Positions 19,807-32,143 of a DNA stretch of 64,000 nucleotides are shown piece after piece (positions within the stretch are counted from its first letter, which is position 1; every line of letters starts with the position of its first letter). Source of the DNA: an uncultured Alphaproteobacteria bacterium (GTDB lineage: Bacteria; Pseudomonadota; Alphaproteobacteria; Sphingomonadales; Sphingomonadaceae); assembly GCA_963827675.1 (NCBI GenBank), contig CAWHBP010000008.1, positions 381,088 through 445,087 on the forward strand. Direction: 5' to 3'. The position numbers were made by a program, and so were the translations under genes. Below the pieces are notes generated by a model, which was given only the letters and a program-made list of their open reading frames with translations, did no database searches and was not told the DNA's origin.

Positions 19807-22338
19807 ATGGCTCGGCGACCGCCGCTCGACATCGAGACGTACAACCGCAAGCGCGACTTCTCGAAGACGAAGGAGCCGCCGGGCCGCAAGCTGAAGGGCA
19901 AGGGCGACAGCTTCGTCGTCCAGAAGCACGACGCCTCGCGGCTGCACTGGGACTTTCGGCTCGAGCTCGACGGCGTGCTCAAGAGCTGGGCGGTGCCCAA
20001 GGGCCCGAGCCTCGATCCCGGCCAGAACCGCCTGGCAATGCGAACCGAGGACCACCCGATCGACTACGGCGATTTCGAGGGGACGATCCCCAAGGGCGAA
20101 TATGGCGGCGGGACGGTCATGCTGTGGGACCAGGGCCGCTGGATTCCCGAACCGAGCAAGGACCCCAGCAAGACGATCGAGGAGGGCCACCTCCACTTCA
20201 CGCTCGAAGGCGAGCGGATGAAGGGCGAGTGGGTGATGTTCCGCCTGAAGCCCAAGCCCGGCGAGAAGGCCGAGCCGTGGATGCTCAAGAAGGTGACCGA
20301 CGAATTCGCCGACCCCGACGATGGCGATGCACTGGTCGACAATTGCGTGACGAGCGTCACGACCGGCCGGACGATGGCCGAGATCGCCGCCGGGCAGGAC
20401 GTGTGGCGTTCCAACCGCGGCGGCCAGAAAGGCGGCCGCGCCAAGACGCAAGGCCGAGCGCCGCGCCGCCGCCGTTCGAAGAGCCGCAACTCGCCACGCT
20501 CGTGGACGAGGTGCCGGCCGGCAACTCGCTGGATCCACGAGTATAAATACGACGGCTATCGCCTGCTGCTCGTCCGTCGGCGACGGCGTCGCAACCGCGT
20601 GGACGCGCAATGGCAAGGACTGGAGCGACAAGTTCAAGGCGCTGGTGAAGGCGGCGTCGAGGCTGCCCGCCGGCTGCCTGATCGACGGCGAAGCGGTCGC
20701 GATCAGACGATGACGGCAAGCCGAGCTTCCAGCTGCTCCAGTCGACGCTCAAGGACCAACGGGGCGCGAACCTCGTCTTCTACGCCTTCGACCTGCTGAT
20801 CGACCGCGGGGAGGACATCCGGAAGCTTCCCAACATCGAGCGCAAGGAGCGGCTCGCGTCGCTGCTCAAGGGCGTGCCTGCCGCCGATCCTCTACGGCGA
20901 CCATGTCATCGGCCGAGGTGACGAACTGTTCCTTGAGATCTGCAAGCAGGGCGGCGAGGGGATCATCTCGAAGAGGGCCGGTGCGGCATACAAGGGCACG
21001 CGCACACGCGACTGGCTGAAGATCAAATGCATCCAGCGCCAGGAGTTCGTGATCGTCGGCTGGTCCGAAAGCGACAAGCGCGATCGGCTTCCGATCGCTG
21101 CTGCTGGCGGCGAGGGAGGGCCGGAAGCTGACCTACGCCGGGAAGGTCGGGACCGGCTTCAACGCGAAAATGATTCACGACCTCATGGATCGGATGGAGC
21201 CGCTCGAGACCGATAGCGCGCCGGTCGAAGTGCCGCGCGCTGACCGCAAGGGCGCGCATTTCATCAAGCCCCAGCTCGTGGCCGAAATCGCGTTCGCGGA
21301 GTTTACCGACGATGGCATCCTTCGCCATCCGAGCTTCATCGCGCTGCGCGAGGACAAGCCCGCGTCCGAGGTCGTGCGGGAGGAGCCGCAGAAATTGATG
21401 GCTGCCGAGAAGAAGCCCGCTGCCAGGACCCGCAGGAAGTCCCGAAAGAAGGCGGGAGCGTTCGACCGCCGAGGAATTCGGCATCGAGATCAGCAGCCCC
21501 GATCGCGTGATCTTTCCGGAAGTAGGCCTGACCAAGAAAGACCTCGCCGATTATTACGCGAGCATCGAGCCGTTGATCATGATCGACGCGGCCAACAGGC
21601 CGATGACCCTGATCCGCTGCCCAGGCGGCCGCACCGGCGAAATGCTTTTTCCAGAAGCACGACAAGGGAACGTTCGGTCCCCATGTAAAGCAGATCCCGA
21701 TCAAGGAGAGCGACGGGGATACCGAGGATTATCTCTATTTCGACGACATCCGGGGGCTGCTCGCCTGCGTGCAGATGGGCACCATCGAATTCCACGGCTG
21801 GGGCAGCAAGATCGACAAGGTCGAGTATCCCGACCGGCTGGTGTTCGACCTCGATCCCGACGTCGGCCTCGACTTCGCGAAGGTGAAGGAAGCGGCGCTG
21901 CGGCTGAAGGCGCTCCTTAGCGACCTCGGGCTCAAGACCTTCCCGCTGCTGTCAGGCGGCAAGGGCCTTCACGTCGTCGTGCCGCTCGACGCGTCGAAGG
22001 ACTGGCCGACCGTGAAGAGCTTCGCCGACCGCTTCAGCCGCGCGATCTCCGAAGCCGAGCCCGAGATGTTTACCGCCAACATCCGCAAGGTGCAGCGCAA
22101 GGGCCGCATCTTCCTCGACTGGCTGCGCAACCAGCGCGGCGCGACGGCCGTCATGCCTTATTCCGCACGCGCCCGCGAAGGCGCGCCTGTGTCCGCGCCG
22201 ATCGCGTGGGAAGAGCTCGACAAGTACAAGGGCGGAAATCACTTCACGATTCGCGATGCGGACGAGTTGCTGGAGCGCGCGGGCTCGAAGCTGCTTGCAG
22301 GCTGGGGCAAGGCCAAGCAAGCATTGCCGGATGCATAG
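19807..22338 (+). CDS. ligD: DNA ligase D (PE-ligase-polymerase; frameshifted)
   Basis: FVVQKHDASRLHWDFRLE PE domain; HEYKYDGYR ligase; LRHPSF; PDRLVFDLDP and SGGKGLHV polymerase. Confidence 0.95.
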
Positions 22339-24528
22339 TCGCCTCGCACTCGCCATCGCCCCATTTTCCTTCGTCCTGATTGCCGCCGCACCACTGCCCA
22401 TCCCGCAACATGGGATGAGCGAATGGAAGGCGCAGGCCGCGCGCGTGACGATCACGCGCGACGATTGGGGCATCGCTCACGTAAACGGAAAGACCGACGC
22501 CGACGCGATCTTCGGCATGATCTACGCGCAGGCGGAGGACGACTTTCCACGCATCGAGGCGAACTATCTGACCGCGCTCGGCCGCACTGCCGAGGCTGAG
22601 GGCGAAAAGGCGATCTGGCAGGACCTTCGCGCGCGGCTCTACGTCAGCGACGACGAGCTGAAGGCCGATTACTGGCGCAGCCCCCAATCGATGAGGCGTC
22701 TCATGGACGCCTGGGCGGACGGCCTGAATTATTACCTCGCGACGCACCCGAACGTGCGCCCGCGCGTGCTGACGCGGTTCGAGCCGTGGATGGCGCTCAG
22801 CTTCACCGAAGGCAGCATCGGCGGCGACATCGAGCGGATCGACCTCGACGGCCTGCGCGACTTCTACTCCGCCAGGCACACGCCAGGGATCGTCGTGAAC
22901 AAGCTTTCGAACGTCGTTCCACTCGACGCCGAGCCGCGCGGGTCCAACGGCATCGCGATCGCCCCGAAGCTGACCGCGAACGGCGGATCGCTTCTGCTGA
23001 TCAACCCGCACACCAGCTTCTTCTTCCGCTCGGAGCAGCATGTCTCGAGCGACGAAGGGCTGAACGTCTACGGCGCCGCAACCTGGGGCCAGTTCTTCAT
23101 CTACCAGGGCTTCAATCCGCACGCCGGCTGGATGCACACGTCGAGCGGCGTCGATAATGTCGACGAGTTCGCGGAGAAGATCGAGCCGCGCGGCAAAGGT
23201 TACTGCTATCGCGTCCGCGCCACCTGCCGGCCGGTACAAGTTCGCCCGGTCGCCCTGCGATATCGCACCAGCGACGGAAAGCTCGGCGCGAAGATCTTCA
23301 GGACATTCGCGACGCATCACGGCCCGAGTCGTGCGCTCGGCGGATAATCGTTGGATCGCATTTTCGATGATGAACAAGCCGGTCGAGGCGCTTCAGCAGA
23401 GCTTTCTGCGCACGAAGACGAGCGACCTGGCGTCCTTCCTGCGCGTCGCGGAGCTCAAGGCAAACAGCTCCAACAACACCCTGTTCGCCGACAGCAAGGG
23501 CGAGGTCGCGTTCCTGATTCCGCAGTTCATGCCCCGTCGTGCCAACCGCTTCGACTATACCATGCCCGTGGAGGGCAGCGATCCCGCGGCGGACTGGGGC
23601 CTGCTACACGCGCTGACCGAGCTTCCGAGCGTCATCAACCCGCCCAACGGCTGGGTGATGAACGCCAACAACTGGCCCTACTCGGCGGCCGGCCCGTACA
23701 GCCCGAAGCAGGGGCGCTACCCTCGCTACATGGACATGTTCGGAGAGAACCCGCGCGGCGTGCACGCGACGCAACTGCTTAGCGGAAGCAGCGGCTGGAC
23801 GCTGGATAAGCTGCAGCGCGCCGCCTTCGACCCCGGCCAGCCTGGCTTCTCGCAATTGCTTCCGGGCCTGATCTCGGCATGGGACGGGCTCCCCGCCGGC
23901 GATCCTCAGAAGTCGCGGCTGCGTCGGTGCCGTCGAAGCGCTTCGCGGTTGGAACTATCAGTGGAGCGCCGCCTCGATCCCGAATACCGTCGCCAACTTC
24001 TGGGGCGACGAAATCTGGAAGCTTTCGACCTCGCCCGAATGGGATGACGGGCTGCCCGTCTACGCACGTCTCGACCGCGTGACCGGCAAGCAAAAGCTGG
24101 ACGCACTCGACGCGGCGCTTGCGCGCCTCACCCGCGACTTCGGCCGCTGGGATGTGCCGTGGGGCGAAGTGAGCCGCTTCCAGCGCATCTCACCCGCAAT
24201 CGATCACCCTTTTCGCGACGACGCGCCGAGCATCCCTGTATCGTTCAGCTCCGCGCGCTGGGGCTCGCTTGCATCATTCGGCGCCGGGCCGAAGCCGGGT
24301 ACCAAGCGATGGTACGGCACCAGCGGCAACAGCTTCGTGGCAGTCGTCGAATTCGGTTCGAAGGTCCGTGCGCATGCAGTCACCGCGGGCGGCGAAAGCG
24401 GCGATCCGGCCTCGCCGCACTTCAACGACCAGGCGCAGCGCTACGCGTCAGGCAATCTGCGCGAGGTCTATTTCTATCCGGAGCAGCTGAAAGGCCACGT
24501 CGAGCGGACCTACCGTCCGGGCGAGTAA
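22331..24528 (+). CDS. Penicillin acylase family (Ntn hydrolase; frameshifted)
   Basis: ITRDDWGIAHV, YAQAED, GSNGIAI nucleophile motif, LLINPH, GGESGDPASPHFNDQA. Confidence 0.92.
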
Positions 24529-25500
24529 CTAAAGTCCTGCGAACTTGTCCGTTGCGCGGATAAGTCCGTCGAGGACGCCGGGCTCGCTGAACAAATGCCC
24601 GCCGTCGGGGACGATGTTCAACTCTACTTCCGGCCACGCCTGCTTCAGCTTCCACGCCGCGATCGGCGGAGTGCATGTGTCGTGGCGTCCCTGGACGATG
24701 ACGCCCGGAATGCCGCGCAGCTTGGTCGCGTCGCGCAGCAATTGTCCTTCCTCGAGCCAGCCGTGGCTCGCCATGTAATGGTTCTCGATCCGCGCGATCG
24801 CGATCGCGTGCTCGGGATCGGTGAAATGCTCGATCGTCTCCGGGCTCGGAAGCAGGGTGACGATATCGCCTTCCCATTTGCTCCATGCCTTTGCCGCAGT
24901 CACCTGCTCGTCCTTGTCGCTCCCAGTCAGGCGCTTGCGATAGGCTTCGACGAGGTCGCCGCGCTCGCCTTCCGGGATGGGCGCCAGGAACTCATCGAAC
25001 TTGTCCGGATAGACCTGCGACGCGCCGCCCGGCGTGTACATCCAGTCGATCTCATATTGGTCGAACAGGAAGATGCCGCGAAGCACCAGCTCGGTGACGC
25101 GTTCCGGAAATTTTTCAGCGTAGGTGATGGCGAGCGTCGAGCCCCAGCTCCCGCCGAATACCTGCCACTTGTCGACCCTGGCGATTTCGGTGCGCAGCTT
25201 CTCGATGTCGTCGACCAGGTGCCAGGTCGTGTTCGCCTCGAGGCTCGCATAGGGCGTCGACTTGCCGCAGCCGCGCTGGTCGAACACGAGGATCTTGTAC
25301 TTGTCGGGGTTGAACTGGCGCCGGTGCTCAGGGCTCGATCCGCCGCCGGGTCCGCCATGCAGGAAGATGACGGGTTTGCCGTCCGGATTGCCGCTCAATT
25401 CCCAATAAAGGCTGTGCCCGTCGCCGACGTCGAGCATGCCGCTCTCGTACGGCTCAATCTCCGGATAAAGGGTGCGGCGTTTTTGCGTCTGCATGTCCAT
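24529..25500 (-). CDS. pip: Proline iminopeptidase
   Basis: LHGGPGGG, FDQRGCGKS, GGSWGSTL, LVLRGIF. Confidence 0.96.
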   Translation of the reverse strand: MDMQTQKRRTLYPEIEPYESGMLDVGDGHSLYWELSGNPDGKPVIFLHGGPGGGSSPEHRRQFNPDKYKILVFDQRGCGKSTPYASLEANTTWHLVDDIEKLRTEIARVDKWQVFGGSWGSTLAITYAEKFPERVTELVLRGIFLFDQYEIDWMYTPGGASQVYPDKFDEFLAPIPEGERGDLVEAYRKRLTGSDKDEQVTAAKAWSKWEGDIVTLLPSPETIEHFTDPEHAIAIARIENHYMASHGWLEEGQLLRDATKLRGIPGVIVQGRHDTCTPPIAAWKLKQAWPEVELNIVPDGGHLFSEPGVLDGLIRATDKFAGL

Positions 25501-26870
25501 CAGAAGCTGAATTCCTCATAGATGTGGGACACGTCGCCGTTCCACGCGCCATGGAAGCGGTCCAGCAGGCGATCGGCAGGCGTCATGCCCGTTGTCACCA
25601 CGTCGCGCAATGGATCGAGGAACCCACCTTCATTGTCGCCGGCGCTATTGAGCCGCCCGCGGCGGGTCAGGCCAGCCGAGGAAATGTCGAGCACGCGACC
25701 CGCGAAGTCGCGCATGGTCTCGCCGTCCGGCGTCACCGCGTCCAGCGCCAGCTTTGGCACATCCCCGCGAAGCTTCTCGCGCTGATCGATCGTCCAGTGC
25801 TTCACCAGGTCCCACGCGGCATCGAGGGCCTGGTCGTCATAGAGCAGCCCAACCCACAATGCCGGAAGGCCGCAGATCCGGCTCCAGCGCCCGCCATCCG
25901 CGCCGCGCATTTCGAGGAAGCTCTTCAGGCGGACTTCGGGAAAGGCGGTGGAAAGGTGGTCGGTCCAGTCGGTCAGCCGCGGCTTTTCGCCCGGCAGCTG
26001 CGGAAGTTTACCCTCGAGGAAGTCCGCGAACTTCTCGCCCGCGACGTCTATATAGTTTCCGTCGCGATAGACGAAGTACATCGGGACGTTCAGCGCATAG
26101 TCGCAGTAGCGCTCGTAACCGAACCCGTCCTCGAAGACGAACGGCAGCATGCCCGTGCGGTCGGGGTCGGTGTCCTCCCAGATGTGGCTGCGGAAGCTTT
26201 TGTAGCCGTTGGGCTTGCCTTCCGTGAACGGCGAGTTGGCGAAGAGCGCGGTCGCGACCGGCTGTAAGGCCAGGCCGACACGGAATTTCTTCACCATGTC
26301 GGATTCGGACGCGTAATCGAGATTAACCTGAATGGTACAAGTTCGCAGCATCATGTCGAGGCCGAGCGTGCCGACCTTCGGCATGTAGTTGAGCATGATC
26401 CCGTAGCGGCCCTTGGGCATGATCGGCAGCTCCGCGCGCGACTTGTCCGGCCACATGCCCGTGCCGAGGAAGCCGAGGCCGAGCCGCTCTCCCACCGCCT
26501 TGCACTGGTCGAGGTGCCGTGCCGCCTCCGCGCAGGTCTGGTGCAAATTCTCCAGCGCCGCACCGCTCAGCTCGAACTGCCCCGCGGGCTCCAGGCTGAT
26601 GTTCCCGTCCACGCCGCTCAGCGCGATGACGTTGCCGCCCTCGATGATCGGCTTCCAGCCATATTCGGTGAGGCCCATGAGCAGGTCGCGGATTCCGCCA
26701 GGCTCGTCGTAGCTCGGGGCGCGATGGTCGGCGGTTCGATAGACGAACTTCTCGTGTTCCGTCCCGATGCGCCAGTTCTCGCGCGGCTTCGCGCCCCCCT
26801 CGAAAACCGAAAGCAAATCGGCGCGGCTCTCGATGAGCGGACTGTCACCAGTGTAAGTGCGTTGCGTCAT
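25500..26870 (-). CDS. gshA: Glutamate--cysteine ligase (alphaproteobacterial/plant type)
   Basis: RIGTEHEKF, SLEPAGQFELSG, MMLRTCTIQVNLD, FPEVRLKSFLEMRGAD. Confidence 0.96.
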   Translation of the reverse strand: MTQRTYTGDSPLIESRADLLSVFEGGAKPRENWRIGTEHEKFVYRTADHRAPSYDEPGGIRDLLMGLTEYGWKPIIEGGNVIALSGVDGNISLEPAGQFELSGAALENLHQTCAEAARHLDQCKAVGERLGLGFLGTGMWPDKSRAELPIMPKGRYGIMLNYMPKVGTLGLDMMLRTCTIQVNLDYASESDMVKKFRVGLALQPVATALFANSPFTEGKPNGYKSFRSHIWEDTDPDRTGMLPFVFEDGFGYERYCDYALNVPMYFVYRDGNYIDVAGEKFADFLEGKLPQLPGEKPRLTDWTDHLSTAFPEVRLKSFLEMRGADGGRWSRICGLPALWVGLLYDDQALDAAWDLVKHWTIDQREKLRGDVPKLALDAVTPDGETMRDFAGRVLDISSAGLTRRGRLNSAGDNEGGFLDPLRDVVTTGMTPADRLLDRFHGAWNGDVSHIYEEFSF

Positions 26871-26937
26871 GCGGGGCGGCGCTTAGCCGTGCCCGCAACC
26901 CCACGCCAGCCATTCCCTTTTTATCGCTCGATAAGAA

Positions 26938-27681
26938 CTACGACCGCCAGTCACCCGCCACCGCCATGTAGGCGGCGAGCGATGCCAGCGCAGCGGTTTC
27001 GGCGCGGAGGATGCGCGGGCCCAGCGAGATGGCGACCGCATTCTGGGCCGCTCGGATCATCTTCCGCTCCTCGTCGGTGAAGCCGCCCTCGGGCCCGGTC
27101 AGGATTAGAGCAGAACCAGGCTTGAACACCGTCGCTGAGGGCTCGCCCCCGTTCTCGTCGGCGAAATAAAGGGTGCGTTCGCTCTCACGTTCCTCGAGGA
27201 ACTTCCGCAATGCCACCGGCTCGGCGATCTCGGGCAGGACGGTACGCCCGCACTGCTCGGCAGCTTCGATCGTGATGGATTCGAGCCGTTCCAGCTTCAC
27301 GCGTTCGGCGACCGTCCGCTGCGTCATCACCGGGACTAGCCGCGCGGCGCCAAGCTCTGTCGCTTTCTCGACCAGCCAATCCGTCTGCGTCCGTTTCACG
27401 GGCGCGAAAGCAAGCCAGACGTCCGGAACCGTCTCGGCGTCGCGCGTTCGCCGTTCGACGGTCAGCGTCATCCGCTTCTTCCCCGCCTCCGCAATCCGCG
27501 CCAGCCATTCGCCGGAGCTTCCGTCGAACAGCAGCAGGTCACCGCCCACGGCCATGCGCAGCACATTCCCGAGATAGTTGGCCTGCCTCGTGTCAAGCCC
27601 GACCGACGTGCCCTCGCTCAACGCCTGCCGAACGAACAGTCGGGGTAGGCTTTTCGGCGGCCATGCAGGGATCGCGGGCAT
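26938..27681 (-). CDS. rsmE: 16S rRNA m3U1498 methyltransferase
   Basis: EKATELG, EAAEQC, GPEGGF, LGPRILRAETA. Confidence 0.96.
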   Translation of the reverse strand: MPAIPAWPPKSLPRLFVRQALSEGTSVGLDTRQANYLGNVLRMAVGGDLLLFDGSSGEWLARIAEAGKKRMTLTVERRTRDAETVPDVWLAFAPVKRTQTDWLVEKATELGAARLVPVMTQRTVAERVKLERLESITIEAAEQCGRTVLPEIAEPVALRKFLEERESERTLYFADENGGEPSATVFKPGSALILTGPEGGFTDEERKMIRAAQNAVAISLGPRILRAETAALASLAAYMAVAGDWRS

Positions 27682-27703
27682 TGGCACTGCTTACCTACGG
27701 CGC

Positions 27704-27737
27704 CGAACGTCCGCTATGGGTGGAAAGCGGACCTTAG
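27704..27737 (-). repeat. 34-bp site E (opposite orientation)
   Basis: Minus strand CTAAGGTCCGCTT-TCCACCCA-TAGCGGACGTTCG. Confidence 0.85.
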
Positions 27738-27825
27738 CGTGCCGGGTAGATGTGATCCGGGGAGGACCGCCTCCCGTGCCAGTGGTTCTAATGCTGACTT
27801 AAGTCCATAATGCTCGTGCCGATCG

Positions 27826-30097
27826 ATGGGTGGGGGAACGATCGCGGAAGATACAGCGCCAGCATCGGAGGATCGAAACTCGCTTGGGGGTCCCTGGCGA
27901 GCGCGGGTCCGAAGTACCGCGAAACTAGCGTTCTACGTGGCCACGTCGGGCTTTCTCGCGGGGCTTTACGCGCAATCATGCGCCGCCCAGGCGAAGCCCG
28001 GCGCAAATGCCGATGAGATCATCATCACGGCTCAGCGCCGTCCCGAACGGTCGCAGGATGTCCCGATCTCCCTGACGGTGAAGACCGGCGAACACCTCGA
28101 GCGGATGCAAGTGACGGATATGGCCGGGCTCGCGAAGGTCGTGCCGAGCCTGGTGATGACGCGGACTTCGGTCTTCACGCAACCCTTCCTGCGAGGCGTC
28201 GGCAAGCGGTCCAACCTAGGCGTCGAAAACAGCGTGGCGACCTACGTCGATGGGGTCTACCTCGCCTCCCCCATCAGCGCCCTCCTCGATCTGCGCGGTA
28301 TCGAGCGGGTCGAGATCCTGAACGGCCCGCAGGGAACCCTGTTCGGGCGCAATGCGACAGGCGGGGTCATCCACGTCATCACCCGCGACCCAAGTCCGGA
28401 GCCGTCTGGAGAATTCGCGCTCGAGGCGGGCACCTACGGTCACTTTCGGGGGGACGCGTATCTCACGGCGGGAAGCGATCGGATCGCGGGCAATCTTGCC
28501 ATGAGCGTGTCGCAAAACGCCGGCTACGGAACGAACATTCACACTGGAGAGAGCGAGCAGGGCGAAGTCGACCATAGCCTGGTCGCGCGAAGCAAATGGA
28601 TCTGGCGCGTGACGCCCTCGCTGAAATTGACCTTCGCCGGCGACTACCAGGATATCAGGCAGGATTTCTCGCTTCTCCCCGTGGCCGGATTTCCCGCGGT
28701 CGGCCAACCACAGTCCAAGGGGTTTCACGACACCGACCAGGACACGCCGAACCCTTCGCATTTTCGATATGGCGGCGCTTCGGTGAAGGCAGATGCCGAA
28801 ATCGGCAGCCTGAAGTTCATGAGCCTCAGCGCGCTGCGCAGGATGAACGCGCGCTGGAGCCTGGACCTCGACACCGGCCCGCTCCCGCTCTTTTCGGCCA
28901 CGCCCTCCGTCGCGCAGGATCAGTTCAGCCAGGAGTTCCAGCTGCAATCGGGCGAGGCTTCGCGCGTCCGATGGATTGCGGGCCTCTACTATATCCGCAT
29001 CGAAGAGCAGTACGACCCTACGATCTCGAATTACGGGGGCAGCTTCTCCGCGCTCCTCGGCGGACGGGTCCGGCAGACCCTGTTCTCAAGAGGAACCGCT
29101 TCATCCTATGCCGCCTACGGCCAGGGCACATTGCCGATAGGTTCGGCGGCCGAGCTGACGCTTGGTCTGCGCTATACGATCGAACACCGGTCGGTTGAGG
29201 CGAACGGCGAGAGGCTGTTCGAACTCTGCGCCCTTCGTCCGGCCGATCCCCGGCGTGCCGCTAATGTCTGAGGAACCACTCAGAAGCAGCGACACATTTC
29301 GCGAGCTGACGTGGCGCGCCTCCCTCGACCGGCACTTCTCCGACGAGCTTATGGGCTATCTCGTCGTAAGTCGCGGTTTCCAGAGCGGCGGCTGGAATCT
29401 CCAGACGCCGCAGAATCCGGCTTTCGGTCCGGAAAGGCTCGACGATTTCGAAGCCGGGCTGAAATTCGTGGATCGCTCGCGACGCTTCCGGGCGGACGCA
29501 AACGTCTTCCATTATGCTTATTCCGACCTGCAGGTTTCCGCGCTCACGCCCGTCGGGCAGGCGACGACCAACGCGGCCTCCGCGCGGATCAACGGGCTGG
29601 AGCTGCAGCTGGATGCGCAGCTCGACCGAAGGACCGACATCACGTTTGGCGCGCAGCTTCTCCATGCGCGGTTCAACAGCTTTCCCAACGCGACATGCAC
29701 CAATTTCAGCCCGGTTGTGGGGCTTCCCTATCTCCCGGTGACCTGCGACGTGAGCCACAACCGGCTGCCGTTCTCTCCCAAGCTCAAATTCGATCTCGGA
29801 GGCACTCATCAGGTCTCGCTCGGCCGAAGCGGCACTTTGCTGTTCAGTGGCAACCTCGCTTTCAATTCCGGCTACTTTGCGGAACCGGACAATGTCGTTC
29901 GGCAGGACGCCTTCACGACCGTCGACATATCGGCCGAATGGCGGCCAGGCTTGCGCCGCCCATGGGTCCGGTTGTGGATGCTCAATCTGACCGATGCCCA
30001 CTATTACAATGCGCTGGCGACCGTGCAGACGGCCGGCGTTCTTCAGAACCCGGCGGCTCCGCGCCGCTTCGGCGCCTCCATCGGCTATGCTTTCTAG
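27826..30097 (+). CDS. TonB-dependent receptor (frameshift near 29225)
   Basis: EIIITAQRR TonB box, IERVEILNGPQGTLFGRNATGG plug, terminal PRRFGASIGYAF; true start uncertain. Confidence 0.93.
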
Positions 30098-30201
30098 CGC
30101 GGGGAACCCGTCGGTTTCAGCGACCTAGGTTCCGGCGAAAAAGCGCGCTAACTTCCCTTCAGGCCAGTCGGCTTTGGCGCGTCGGCCTAGGGGGAACATT
30201 C

Positions 30202-31797
30202 GTGCGGCAGGACCACCTCGGGCTGTTCGATACACCACCGAGCCGGAAGCAAGTCCGGTTCAGCATCGTCGTAGTCTGCGTACTTCTTGCCGCCCTCGTG
30301 CTCACGATGACGGTTCGCGATATTCGATTGGGCCCGATCGACGCATTCATTCCCATGATCGATGCCGTCACGTCGCTGGTCGATCTGATCATCGCGACGC
30401 TGCTTTACGTCCAGGCGAGCGTTTTCCGGTCGAGAGGCCTGACCGCGCTTGCTTCAGGTTATGTCTTCACGGCGCTGATTCTCATCCCCCACGCGCTGAC
30501 GTTCCCCGGTGCTTTTGCCCCCAACGGCTTGCTTGGTGCAGGGACGAGCACGACGGCGTGGCTGTACATGTTCTGGCGGGCGGCGCTTCCCATTGCCGTC
30601 GTCTTTTACGTCTTCTTTGACCGGAAGGTTTCTCCTGCGCAGCCCGACGTGGAACGGGCATCCCCAAGGATCGCGCTGGGAGCATTCGCTGCGGTTGCAC
30701 TGGTAGCAGCGGCTACGCTGCTGGCGACAAAAGGGCAGGGCTTGCTGCCGACGCTTTACCTCAATCATTCCGAGGCGAATTACGACAACATCCTCATCGT
30801 CAGCGCCTCTTTGATGGTGCCCTTCTTAGCCGCGCTCGCCATGTTGATGCGACGGCGCAAATCGGTTCTGGACATGTGGCTTCTGATCGTTCTGGCGGCC
30901 TGGTTGATCCAGACGGCGCTGTTGCAGGCTCTCGATGGCCGCTTCACGGCCAACTGGTATTTCGCAGTCGTCGTTGTGCTGCTCTCGCACCTGTTTCTGA
31001 TGATCGCGTTGATCGCCAAATCCAGCCGGCTGTACGCGCGGCTCGCACTTTCGACAGCGGCGCACGACCGGGAACGGGAAGCGCGGCTGTTATCGATGGA
31101 CGGGGTGACCGCCGCCATCTCCCACGAAGTCGGACAACCGCTGACCGCCGTGAACCTCAGCGCGAAGGCGGGGCTGGACTGGCTGACCCGTGACCGGCCG
31201 AATCCCGAAAAGGCGATCGAGGCGCTTCGCGCGACCATTGATGCAGGAAAACGCACCTCCGACATCATCAGAAGCATCCGGCGGACCTTTTCCAAGGTCC
31301 CCGGATCGGCAACCCAATTCAGCCTCAACGATGTCGTTCGCGAAACCGCCTCGTTGCGCGACAGGGAGTTAGCAGCGGCGGGAATCTCGCTTGATCTCGA
31401 GCTCGATGAAGCGCTCCCACCGATCCTCGCCGATCGAGTCCAAATTCAGCGCGTCATCGTCAATTTGTTGACCAACGCCATCGAATCTCTCGCCGCGACA
31501 CGAAGGCGGTCGCGCCGCATCGTGATCCGTTCTGTGCTCGATGGGTCCAATGTGCTGGTCGACGTCAGTGACAATGGCGTCGGCATCGCGCGCGGCGAAT
31601 TGGAGCACATTTTCGATGCGTTCTTCACGACCAAGGCAACGGGGACGGGCCTCGGCTTGGCGCTTTGTCGAACCATCGTGGAGGAACACCGGGGTCGTCT
31701 CTGGGCATCTCAAGCGCCGGAAAGCGGCGCGACCTTCCATCTGCAGCTGCCGTGGAGCAACTCGCCAGGCCATCAAAACGTCAATCCAATTGGATGA
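30202..31797 (+). CDS. MASE4-like membrane sensor histidine kinase
   Basis: HALTFPGAFAPNGLLGAG..TTAWLY multi-TM sensor; ISHEVGQPL H-box; NLLTNAIE, DNGVG, FFTTK, GTGLGL. Confidence 0.9.
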   Translation: MRQDHLGLFDTPPSRKQVRFSIVVVCVLLAALVLTMTVRDIRLGPIDAFIPMIDAVTSLVDLIIATLLYVQASVFRSRGLTALASGYVFTALILIPHALTFPGAFAPNGLLGAGTSTTAWLYMFWRAALPIAVVFYVFFDRKVSPAQPDVERASPRIALGAFAAVALVAAATLLATKGQGLLPTLYLNHSEANYDNILIVSASLMVPFLAALAMLMRRRKSVLDMWLLIVLAAWLIQTALLQALDGRFTANWYFAVVVVLLSHLFLMIALIAKSSRLYARLALSTAAHDREREARLLSMDGVTAAISHEVGQPLTAVNLSAKAGLDWLTRDRPNPEKAIEALRATIDAGKRTSDIIRSIRRTFSKVPGSATQFSLNDVVRETASLRDRELAAAGISLDLELDEALPPILADRVQIQRVIVNLLTNAIESLAATRRRSRRIVIRSVLDGSNVLVDVSDNGVGIARGELEHIFDAFFTTKATGTGLGLALCRTIVEEHRGRLWASQAPESGATFHLQLPWSNSPGHQNVNPIG

Positions 31798-31804
31798 CCC
31801 ACCG

Positions 31805-32041
31805 TTAGTTGGGTGCATTGCAAATTGATTTTTGACGGCCGTTTGTCAGTCGCTCCGCCAGCTCGCATTGGGCGAGGAAGTCCCGCATCATCGCTGCGAC
31901 GGCCTCGCACCGGCCCAGGCGGACTTTTGAATCGGTGCCCGGCCAGCTCGCCCAGACGAAGTCGTCCGCCAGGCTGAAGATGACGTCGGCATTCGGCTCG
32001 ATACGGTCGCAAGCGTCGGAGACGTTCTGCCGTCGGTCCAT
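31805..32041 (-). CDS. Hypothetical protein (78 aa)
   Basis: ORF with protein-like composition (VWASWPG...VRLG...MMRDFLAQCELAERL). Confidence 0.6.
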   Translation of the reverse strand: MDRRQNVSDACDRIEPNADVIFSLADDFVWASWPGTDSKVRLGRCEAVAAMMRDFLAQCELAERLTNGRQKSICNAPN

Positions 32042-32143
32042 ATTCGGTGCTCTTTCCCGGGCTTCGGACCGAACGATGCCATCATTTCGGGTCGCATGTA
32101 CAAACGTGCATCCCCCGAGATCGGGTTATATTTTTCCCATCAG

